Shown here: positions 15,877 to 23,454 of the stretch, piece after piece
Layout of the letters: each line of letters opens with the position of its first letter
Position numbering within the stretch: the stretch's first letter is position 1
Origin: Planctomycetota bacterium
GTDB taxonomy: Bacteria > Planctomycetota > UBA11346
Direction of reading: 5' to 3'
NCBI GenBank assembly: GCA_038213805.1
Contig: JBBQSO010000083.1
Location: 1 to 23,454 of the forward strand
Length of the DNA: 23,454 nt
Notes under the pieces: model-generated
Told to the model about the DNA's origin: nothing
Seen by the model: the letters and a program-made list of their open reading frames with translations, nothing else
The model's database searches: none
Position numbers and translations under genes: made by a program

Positions 15877-16392
15877 TCAGGGCGCTGGGACCTCGCTGGC
15901 GACGCTGCCGCCACCATCCAGCGGCATCCCGCCGAGCGCGTGACCGCGCAGCGCTGCGACCTGGGCCACGACCCTGCGATTCATGGTCCGGCCTTCCGCA
16001 GTCGCTGGATCGACGAGCGGTTTGCTGCCGCCGAATCCCACCGCGATCAAGCGCTCGCGCGCGACGCCGCGCGCGACCAGGGCCGCGACCACCGCCAAGG
16101 CTCGGCTCCTGGTCAAGGCGAGGGCCGCCGCAGCCTCGCCCAGGTCATCGCTGTGCACCTCGATGCGCAGCATGGTGATGCCCGGCTTGGCGGCGAGGAA
16201 GGCCGCGATGTGCGTCAGAGCCGGCGCACTCGCCTCTGTGATCGTTGCGGCGTCCGTGGCGAAGCCGATCGGCACTGGCAGCGCGAGCTGATTGGCAGTG
16301 ATCACAAAGGCAGGCTCCTCAGCACCCACGCCCCAATGAAATCCGCCGCAGATGAGCAGGGCGGTCGTGAGGAGCAGGGTGGGGAAGCGCAT
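15877..16392 (-). CDS. OmpA/MotB-family peptidoglycan-binding domain protein with signal peptide, 171 aa
   Basis: IGFATDAATI...LRIEVHSD...LALTRSRALAVVAALVARGVARERLIAVGFGGSKPL...GRTMNRRV is the OmpA-C signature. Hydrophobic N-terminus MRFPTLLLTTALLICGG. Confidence 0.92.
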   Translation of the reverse strand: MRFPTLLLTTALLICGGFHWGVGAEEPAFVITANQLALPVPIGFATDAATITEASAPALTHIAAFLAAKPGITMLRIEVHSDDLGEAAAALALTRSRALAVVAALVARGVARERLIAVGFGGSKPLVDPATAEGRTMNRRVVAQVAALRGHALGGMPLDGGGSVASEVPAP

Positions 16393-16469
16393 GCGCCTGA
16401 AGATAGCCCCGCCCTTCCGGATCGGCAAGCGCAAGCCACCATCCGGGCACGCAGATCGCGAACCGCTGC

Positions 16470-17651
16470 TCAGGGCGCGGTCCACCCAAATGGCTGGGGC
16501 GTCACGAGCGGAAATGGGAGCTGGTCGAAGCGCCGCGCGCAGGGCTTGGCGCGGAACTGCAGGTCGGCGAAATCAAGCAGCGCCTGCCAGTCCTCAGGTC
16601 CATGCGCATGCCCCCCAGCACGATAGGCGAGACCGCAGCGCGGCTCCACCCCCAGCCAGCCATAGACCACCCGCGCGGCGGCCCACGACACCTGCACCCC
16701 GGCGGGATTTGCCCAGTCGTCGCCCAGGCCATCGGTCGTCAGGAGCGCGCGCGGCGCGACCAACGCCTTCAGGCTGTGCGCATCCAGCGGCAGGTGCTCG
16801 ACCGCGCCGACGAAGCCGGCGAAGCGCTTGCTGAACCAGAACGGGAAGACCGTGGCGATGCGGTCAAGGCCTTCGCACTTGCCGATCAGCACGCGCAGGC
16901 AGCCACCCCCGCCGCAGCCGGAACCATTCGGCGCGACCAGGGCGATGCGCTCGTCGAGCGCCCCGGCCAGCAGCACCGCCTTGCCGCAGCGCGAATGCCC
17001 GGTGATGGCCAGATGCGCGCGATCGACCGCCGGATGCGCCTGCAGGGCATCGATCACCCGCTGGTAGCCCCACGCCCACGCCGCCAGGCAGCCCCCATCG
17101 CTGTCCGGGCAGGCCGCATAGAGCCCGACGCCGCGCTCCGCGCTGTCCGGGCAGATCTCGGTGCGGTCGAACTCGGCAAGCACATAGCGGCGCCCGACCA
17201 CCGCGGCCACGATCTCCGGCGCGACCCGCCCCCAGCAAACGTCGCCGACCGCGATCGCCGGGAACGGCCCCGCCCCGTCGGGGATGGTCAGGTGCACATG
17301 GATGGGCACGCGCCCATCCGGCCCGGTCGCCAGCAGCAGCTCCTGGCGGGTGGCGCCGAGCGCCTCGTCGTGGCTGGTCGAGACGGTGGTGGTGGTCACC
17401 GTGCCCGCGGGCGGCAGGTGCCCATAGACGTACTCCTGGGCAAGCTCCGCGAGGTGCGTGCGCTGCGCTGGCCAGGCCGCCGGCGTGGCGACGCGCGTGC
17501 CGTCGGCCTGCAGGAAGGGATCGGGCAGGCCGGGGATCGCCGGCAGCTGCTGGACCCAGGCCGGCGGCTCGACCGCCAGCAGCGGACGGGCGAGGGCGAA
17601 CAGGGCGAGGAGCAGGGCCAGGCCCTGGTAGGGATCGTGGAGGAGGGTCAT
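16470..17651 (-). CDS. Carbohydrate esterase family 15 (glucuronoyl-esterase-like) alpha/beta-hydrolase, secreted, 393 aa
   Basis: LPDPF N-terminal motif, AAWAWGYQRVIDAL, catalytic GHSRCGKAVLLAGALDERI (16980-17000 for GHSRCGK), SGCGG, LPLDAHSLKALVAPR, DDWANP, GGH. Signal peptide LALLLALFALARPLLA. Confidence 0.9.
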   Translation of the reverse strand: MTLLHDPYQGLALLLALFALARPLLAVEPPAWVQQLPAIPGLPDPFLQADGTRVATPAAWPAQRTHLAELAQEYVYGHLPPAGTVTTTTVSTSHDEALGATRQELLLATGPDGRVPIHVHLTIPDGAGPFPAIAVGDVCWGRVAPEIVAAVVGRRYVLAEFDRTEICPDSAERGVGLYAACPDSDGGCLAAWAWGYQRVIDALQAHPAVDRAHLAITGHSRCGKAVLLAGALDERIALVAPNGSGCGGGGCLRVLIGKCEGLDRIATVFPFWFSKRFAGFVGAVEHLPLDAHSLKALVAPRALLTTDGLGDDWANPAGVQVSWAAARVVYGWLGVEPRCGLAYRAGGHAHGPEDWQALLDFADLQFRAKPCARRFDQLPFPLVTPQPFGWTAP

Positions 17652-17844
17652 GGGGGCTTGGCGTATGGGGTGGCGATAGGCGCGCCAATGGCGAACTGCC
17701 CGTGTCGACGACAGCGCGGGGAACAGTCCCGCGGGGTGGCGGGAAAGTGACCGTGATGCCATGGTCGGAACACGCATGGGTGGGCGGGTGGCGACGACCA
17801 TCACGGCGGCGGTGGCCAGGGGGAAGAGCGGGAAGTGGAAGTAG

Positions 17845-17867
17845 GAGACGCGAGATGTGAGATGCGA
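17845..17867. repeat. Short degenerate heptamer tandem repeat, GAGA(C/T)G(C/T) x3
   Basis: gagacgc-gagatgt-gagatgc-ga in the intergenic region. Confidence 0.45.
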
Positions 17868-18281
17868 AGCCGCGTGCGCCTGAACCGTGGGTCGTCTCCA
17901 GGAAAAGGGATCGCGGTCAGGGCCGCGTGGGGTCGTGGATGGTGGGCATGCCGAAGGCTGCCTGCGGCAGGGTGGCCTTGCGAGCCGACACGGGTGGACT
18001 GGACTCTCGATGGCGCATGGCGCAGGTGCCTGGGGGCAGGAACACCCTCAGCGAAAGCGGTTTCCGTGTGAAGGAGGGCGCTACGCAACCCCCTCGCAGT
18101 GCCATCGCATGTGATGGTGCGCATCATCCGGCAACCACCTACGAGCGCCGGAACAGGCAGTTGGCAAGGGACCTCTCGCCAATAGCTTTCCAGTAGGACC
18201 CAGCCTGGAACCCTCCCTCCGTGAAATCCGCGCCTGCGGTCCCGCCGTCACACCGCTAGCACCCGAGACCAAGGACGAATC

Positions 18282-18776
18282 ATGTCAATCCGTGCCGCCA
18301 TCAAGCTCCATGCCGCGCTTGTACCGATCTTGATTTTGCAAGGGTATGGGCAAGAAGTCCTGGGCGCACAAGAAGTCACGGTGGTGATCGTCGAGAACCC
18401 GGCAATCGCCTGGGGCCCGGCTGAAATCAACGCGCTGGAAGCGAAGTGCAAGGAAATGGAGGAACAACTTCGCAAGATGTCGCCACAGGACATCAAGAAA
18501 TGGCTGACCACGGATAAACATGGACGACATGATTATCAGCAATTGAAAATGCTGGCGTATTCGGAAAAGGATTTCACGAAAAAGGAATGGGACAGCATTT
18601 TTGGACAAAGTATTCGTGACGGCGCAATGGGCCTAATAGGATGGACTGGCCATCAAGCCCTGCCGGGAATTGCTCTCGTCGAGTATATTCATCCCGGGAC
18701 AGGTAAGATTAATAACCTTGAAGCGATTCCGGGGCAACAACAACCCGATCTCTATTCATTGGTAGTTAGCTGGTAA
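18282..18776 (+). CDS. Hypothetical, probably exported or membrane-tethered protein, 164 aa
   Basis: AAGGA RBS before the ATG, N-terminal hydrophobic stretch (AALVPILILQG), protein-like composition, and lower GC than the region to its left. Confidence 0.7.
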   Translation: MSIRAAIKLHAALVPILILQGYGQEVLGAQEVTVVIVENPAIAWGPAEINALEAKCKEMEEQLRKMSPQDIKKWLTTDKHGRHDYQQLKMLAYSEKDFTKKEWDSIFGQSIRDGAMGLIGWTGHQALPGIALVEYIHPGTGKINNLEAIPGQQQPDLYSLVVSW

Positions 18777-18798
18777 TTCGATTAATAACTTTACCAGC
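18769..18798. terminator. Inverted repeat at the stop codon of the 164-aa gene; possible terminator
   Basis: gctggtaa-(14 nt)-ttaccagc, perfect 8-bp arms, in the gap between two convergent genes. Confidence 0.35.
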
Positions 18799-19159
18799 AC
18801 AAGATAGTTTGATGACTGCTTTAAACAACTTCGCCTCATGCAATTATCCATTTCGATAATAGCAAGAAAATCGGACTCATGGGGTAAGTAACGATGATGC
18901 CTTTTGTGCCCAGTTCCAAATTCATACCGCAGTTCATCTTGGATCAGATAGCAGCCCTTTGGTTTAGTCCTTCCTCGGGAAAATTCGCACCTTGGCGATT
19001 TCACGAAAATCTCCTTCGGCCCCAGTCATTACAATTGAGGGACAACGGCTTAAAATGCACCAATGAGTTAATTGGCTGATTTCCTGGAGTCGGCAACACC
19101 AAAAGCATTATCCAGTAAACCAACGATGCCAGAGCGCCGGCCCTTCGAGATCCAAATAT

Positions 19160-22100
19160 TTATGTATCAGATGTTATTTTCCATTTATTATTTAAATTTA
19201 ATATTTCCTGAGAAATATCTTGCGGGCTCAAGGCTTGCCCGCTTACACCTTCCGTTGCCCGAGTCATTAATTCACCTAGCGCAGCCGTGCCTCCGCCAAT
19301 GGAACCGAGTTTATCGGCGTTCTGCAGATGTTGCGCCACCATTTCATTATCGCCCATCGAAGCGCCTTTCATGGCGAACAGGATCTCTCTCGTTGAAGGA
19401 CTCGCTTGTTCAGCGACTTTCCGCATCGGATTATTTGGATCGTCCGCCTCTCCGCAATCATTGCGGTTTCCGCCCAACTCTTGCAATGCGCCTTCGACTT
19501 CCAGCGCCCCAGCAGCCCCGGCCAGCAGCGAGCGGAAGCCGAGACCGTTGCCGCCCGCGTCCTGCTGAGCAAAACCCTGAAGACTCTGGTACGATTTCGC
19601 AAGCGTTCCCCTGAGGTTTGAACTCGCATCATCGACCACGCGTTGGCCAGCGCGGATCTCCCCATCCTGCTTGTTCACCGCACGATCACGCTCCATGCCC
19701 AATTGCTCAAGCTCTTTGCCATCTGTGACACCCGCAGATTTGCGCGCGTATTCCTCTTGGGCGAAGGCCTTCTCACCCTTGGCGAGGCCTACGCGCGCGG
19801 CACCGGCCTTGGCGCCAAGGATATCCCGCATGCGACCCAAATTTTCCCGCTCGGGCTGCGACAGCGAAAATTCGTCACGACGCAGCACCTCATCTGCCAG
19901 CCTGCTACCCTGTGAATAAAACTGCTGGGCCACGCGCATTGAATCCGGATCACCCTTGCTGGCGACGTGGGACATCGCATCACCCGCATGTCTGAAATCC
20001 TGAACCGCCTCGAGCGGCTTTTTCGCTATCAGATCTTCACGCGCCGCGTCCTGGGATGTGGATGCGATCGCATTCGCCTCCAATCCGGCCTGTCCGTCAT
20101 TACCCGCCGCCCGCGCGCGCTGAAAACGCGAAACCCGGTTGCGGTAGCCCTCCGCGTCACCAGCAGATCCAGGCGAGGCTTCTGGCGATCTCCCGTCTCG
20201 GGAAGGAAGTATATCATTGATCGCCGACATCCTCCTGGCATCCGCGGGTGCCACTGCAATACCATTCGCAAATCCTGGCTGACCCGTGGAGGGTGCCGCG
20301 TCTGCTGGGCTATCATTTTCCGGAGCAAACGAACGGCTGGCCGCGGCCAGACTGGGGGCAGAGCTCTTGCCGCTGATGGAAGAAGACGATCGTTCGCCAG
20401 CGCTCGCTGCAGGCCCACCCTGAGCCCCCGCCTGCTCCGATATGAAACCAGGATTTCGGACAATCGAATGTCGATGCGGCAGAATGGCCGCACCTTGGGC
20501 ATAGTGGCCCGAACCGGTACCGCCACCACCCCCATTGCCTCCCAAGAGCCCCCCTCCCATTGCAGACCCCGCCAACAAACCACCCCCAAATCCGCCAATC
20601 AGGGTTCCGAGCTGGCTTCCAAGCCCAGTCGCGCGGAACCCCTGACCGTAGATCGACGCTCCCAGCCGGGAGAGGCCGTCGATTCCGGGCGATATGACCG
20701 CCTGAGCGACTGCCGGTGCGGCGAAAATCAGGCAGATTCCCACCAGCTGCAGCAGCGAGCTGCCAGGACCATCGTGAGGCGATAGGAATGACGCTGCGTT
20801 GTTGACGAAGGCCCCACCGTTTATGAAAGAGAAGCCGAGCGAGACGATGGGCGCCCACAGCAAGACCCATATCGCCCCACGGATCCAATCGAGCAGCACG
20901 ACCCATTTTCCCGGCCATAAGGCAAGCATACCGAAGATCGGATAAACGACGAGAAATGCGAGGATGGTGAGGCCCATGAAATGCGGCCACAGGAAGCTGA
21001 CGATTTCTACCGCCATCGATGCCACCGATGAAAGGATCCACATGCCCAATTTGGGAATCCCACTTAAAAATCCATAAAGTCCGGTTGGATCATTGGATCC
21101 CTGCACGGTGAAAATATCTCTCGCCATCGAGTGTTGGACACCATTGCCCGGTGCGGCCATGATCAAATCGACGACCGAACGGAGCATTGGCATCTCCCAA
21201 GTCGATGGATCAGTGCCAGCGCCGGGCCCATCACGAAGGCCATCAACATCACTTCGCGGCTTTACCGGTGGGTAGAAGCTGAGCGAAATCGCCTGCGCAA
21301 ATGAAAACCCAGTGGCTGTTCTTTTATTTATGGGAATTATCCCATAAAATGCCTGGGTCACTTCCGCCGAAGACTTGCAGGCCTCGTCACCCGATAAAGC
21401 GATAAATAGTCCGGAAACCATACACCCCCAGTAAAATTTATTGGATGGATTTCCGCAAGCCGAATGACAGACTGCACCGGAAAATGAATTGATTAAATCA
21501 TACCTGATTCTGTCAGACCAATCAAAAGGATAAAATTGAAACGGTCCCGTATTCTTTTTATTCGTAGCAATTGATTCAAGATATGCTGATTTAAAATCGA
21601 GCACAAGTCCACCGTTCATTCCAGGTTCGAGATCGCCAACGGATCCATACCCTGTGACGCTTTTTTCCGTACCTATAGTAACAAACAGGCTCATGGATGC
21701 CGGCGGACTGAGGAATTTTGGGTGTTTTGTTCCACGTGGAATAGAGCAATATGGGATCTCTAAATTGTCTATGTCTTTGGGCTTTATTAATTTCCCCATC
21801 GCGCCCATTACCAAGGATTCCGGATAAGTAAAAATTGTTTTTCCGAAATTATTATACTGAATATACGGAAGTACTAGATGACTTCCTGGATTAAATCCAG
21901 GATTTAAATTGAGAGAGAATACACTAGATTCTCGGCTTCCAGTTGCTATGTTAGGTGTAATCCAAAATGTTTTAGCTGAATTTATTGCGATTTGAGCTGG
22001 AGTCATTCCTTCATTCACTCTACGCATAGCTGCCGTGTATGCCAAATCATCATTTTCGTCATTTACGACATATCCATGCAAGGGAACAAAGGCAAAAATG

Positions 22101-23089
22101 CTATCACCCCAATTTGAAAGCAAATTCAAGGATGATGCCGGAACTCTTCCGAGCCGGCCTTCCGCTAAACGATTTTTAATAAAATTTACTGTGGTTTTAG
22201 CGGTTTCAGGTTCAGCACTCACAAATCCCTTATAAGCCGCGGCGCAATGCACAGCAAAATCTTCATACTCCGTCTCCCAACCGTCTGGAAGTGCCGAGCT
22301 TCGCGCTGCGCGCACCATTTGAGCAACGTACATTGACCCCGGATCTGGGTTGATGACATTCCCGATCGCCTGCGTCATATCTGTTCCCGCAGACAAGATC
22401 AACGCGGGCAACAAGGGGATGGTGAGAAGTTCAGGCGAATCGCTCGATGGCCGGGGAATACCGCTATTTATTCCGATAATCGACTTGATGACATCATCTT
22501 GGGGAACATCGGATTCCGGGGGCGGAACAAATGAAACCGATGGGAAAATGCAAAAAACCGCAACGAGAATGACCGAAATGAAGTATCCAATAACCGATCC
22601 TGCCTGTTGCTTCGTGGTTATCTTCCAATACGTGACCAAGGCACCGACAATAGCTATCAGCACGGGTATACCAAGGGCCAGCGTCGCCATGCTGAGTGCA
22701 TGGCTGATCGTCAGCCCGATGTACGCCCATGACGCCACGAACCCGTAGAAATGCTTGCCCCCAGCGTCAGCGGCTTCGGCCTCTCCATAAACCGGAAATT
22801 TTCCCATGTTCATGGCGAAACCTGCCCCAGAGGACGGATCAAGCCATCCTTTGAGAAGGGCCCTGGCGACACCCAGAAAGAGCAAACCGCCGAGGATGAA
22901 GAAGGCCGCGGATTTATTGCCTCGAGCAAACTGATAGAGGCACGAAAGGATTCCCAGAGCAGCGACGAGAAAGACTACTGGACCAAACACCAAATTGGTG
23001 AACGACCGGGTGCCGTCCCCCGCAGCTCCGAACATAGGCGAAGCGATGATCAAGAGCAGTAAACAGCGGATGACGCCAACCAGCATCAC
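19160..23089 (-). CDS. traG: TraG-like (TraG_N / extended VirB6) conjugative mating-pair protein, ~1309 aa
   Basis: Multiple N-terminal TM helices, then IPLLPALIL...DMTQAI and EYEDFAVHC, resembling TraG_N of F-type/ICE systems. A large soluble domain follows, then a second TM block (LWPHFMGLTILAFLVVYPIFGMLALWP...WIRGAIWVLLWAPIVSL...LIFAAPAVA), a Gly/Ser-rich linker and a long hydrophilic tail. Start is GTG 23089 or ATG 23086, overlapping the upstream stop. Confidence 0.7.
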   Translation of the reverse strand: MMLVGVIRCLLLLIIASPMFGAAGDGTRSFTNLVFGPVVFLVAALGILSCLYQFARGNKSAAFFILGGLLFLGVARALLKGWLDPSSGAGFAMNMGKFPVYGEAEAADAGGKHFYGFVASWAYIGLTISHALSMATLALGIPVLIAIVGALVTYWKITTKQQAGSVIGYFISVILVAVFCIFPSVSFVPPPESDVPQDDVIKSIIGINSGIPRPSSDSPELLTIPLLPALILSAGTDMTQAIGNVINPDPGSMYVAQMVRAARSSALPDGWETEYEDFAVHCAAAYKGFVSAEPETAKTTVNFIKNRLAEGRLGRVPASSLNLLSNWGDSIFAFVPLHGYVVNDENDDLAYTAAMRRVNEGMTPAQIAINSAKTFWITPNIATGSRESSVFSLNLNPGFNPGSHLVLPYIQYNNFGKTIFTYPESLVMGAMGKLIKPKDIDNLEIPYCSIPRGTKHPKFLSPPASMSLFVTIGTEKSVTGYGSVGDLEPGMNGGLVLDFKSAYLESIATNKKNTGPFQFYPFDWSDRIRYDLINSFSGAVCHSACGNPSNKFYWGCMVSGLFIALSGDEACKSSAEVTQAFYGIIPINKRTATGFSFAQAISLSFYPPVKPRSDVDGLRDGPGAGTDPSTWEMPMLRSVVDLIMAAPGNGVQHSMARDIFTVQGSNDPTGLYGFLSGIPKLGMWILSSVASMAVEIVSFLWPHFMGLTILAFLVVYPIFGMLALWPGKWVVLLDWIRGAIWVLLWAPIVSLGFSFINGGAFVNNAASFLSPHDGPGSSLLQLVGICLIFAAPAVAQAVISPGIDGLSRLGASIYGQGFRATGLGSQLGTLIGGFGGGLLAGSAMGGGLLGGNGGGGGTGSGHYAQGAAILPHRHSIVRNPGFISEQAGAQGGPAASAGERSSSSISGKSSAPSLAAASRSFAPENDSPADAAPSTGQPGFANGIAVAPADARRMSAINDILPSRDGRSPEASPGSAGDAEGYRNRVSRFQRARAAGNDGQAGLEANAIASTSQDAAREDLIAKKPLEAVQDFRHAGDAMSHVASKGDPDSMRVAQQFYSQGSRLADEVLRRDEFSLSQPERENLGRMRDILGAKAGAARVGLAKGEKAFAQEEYARKSAGVTDGKELEQLGMERDRAVNKQDGEIRAGQRVVDDASSNLRGTLAKSYQSLQGFAQQDAGGNGLGFRSLLAGAAGALEVEGALQELGGNRNDCGEADDPNNPMRKVAEQASPSTREILFAMKGASMGDNEMVAQHLQNADKLGSIGGGTAALGELMTRATEGVSGQALSPQDISQEILNLNNKWKITSDT

Positions 23090-23454
23090 GGTGTTCCATT
23101 AACGACTGCACGAGCTGGAGCAATGCCACTCCCGGGGTTGTCGTCATATTGGGACGATGGCCTCGGAACCCGGAAATCATTGATCGCCTTGAGATGTACA
23201 AGCACTTCGTTTTCAAGCCGGCTGACGTCATTGTCCATGTCGTGAATGGCCCTGTCGAATTGGGCGATCGCCTTGTCGTTCATCGGAAACGTCTGGCCGT
23301 TGGCTGCGTTCCCATCGATGTATTTAACCATGATCTCCTTCTTTTCGCGCAGCTCCTTGTATGTGTGCAAAAAGCATTCGTACTTTGCCATGGCTATGAC
23401 AAAGGCTTCGATTGTATACGTGTTTTCCTGATCGGCCCAGATGCTCGCATTTCC
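23086..23454 (-). CDS. C-terminal fragment of an upstream gene coupled to traG; coiled-coil-like end, possibly TraH-like
   Basis: The frame of the 23086..23391 ORF stays open to the window edge (GNASIWADQENTYTIEAFVIA-MAKYEC...). Its stop overlaps the traG start. The product identity is inferred from position only. Confidence 0.65.
   Translation of the reverse strand, partial: GNASIWADQENTYTIEAFVIAMAKYECFLHTYKELREKKEIMVKYIDGNAANGQTFPMNDKAIAQFDRAIHDMDNDVSRLENEVLVHLKAINDFRVPRPSSQYDDNPGSGIAPARAVVNGTP

Larger units (their letters stand above)
18280..23454. mobile_element. Probable edge of a conjugative element or genomic island
   Basis: GC drops relative to the left of the window and a TraG-like gene is present. 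No integrase, relaxase or att site is visible, so the boundary is approximate. Confidence 0.5.

Noticed and set aside
14169..17750. Plus-strand ORFs 14169..15686, 15829..16626 and 16602..17750
   Set aside because: Antisense to the surface protein, OmpA and CE15 genes, which carry clear family motifs.
18116..18143. GGTGCGCATCA resembling the XerC arm of a dif site
   Set aside because: No XerD arm (TTATGTTAAAT-like) follows the 6-bp spacer, so it is likely a chance match.
18756..19159. Short ORFs 18756..19004 (-) and 18894..19079 (+)
   Set aside because: They are short, overlap each other or a neighbour, and show no motif or convincing RBS. They cannot be supported, though a small gene or remnant is not excluded.
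1..23454. CRISPR arrays, tRNA/rRNA genes, IS elements
   Set aside because: No repeat-spacer periodicity, cloverleaf/T-loop motif or transposase ORF was recognised. The only long periodicity is the protein-coding MBG array.

Overview
The window has three parts. (1) 1-11212 (minus strand) is a very GC-rich, tightly coupled operon encoding an extracellular contractile injection system (eCIS, Afp/PVC-like phage-tail particle). Gene order: Pvc16-like cap, unknown protein, sheath, tube, divergent second sheath, second tube, Afp7-like tube initiator, 55-aa small protein, GpD-like hub, Gp5/GpV-like spike, a 548-aa protein with a hydrophobic C-terminus, Gp25, and the start of baseplate J, which runs off the left edge. 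No PAAR, AAA+ ATPase, fibre or clear toxin gene is visible in the window. (2) 11628-17651 (minus strand) holds three exported proteins: a ~1302-aa surface protein (alpha/beta-hydrolase with a Cys at the nucleophile position, 11 MBG-like repeats, Gly-rich/Cys C-terminal sorting signal), an OmpA-family protein and a CE15 glucuronoyl-esterase-like enzyme. A hairpin-rich ~630-bp non-coding stretch follows. (3) From ~18280 to the right edge is lower-GC, probably foreign DNA: a small exported orphan gene converging on a 1309-aa TraG/VirB6-like conjugation protein (pilin-like N-terminus, AT-rich core), plus the 3' end of an upstream gene. This is probably the edge of a conjugative element. All family assignments come from motif recognition by eye; no database searches were run.
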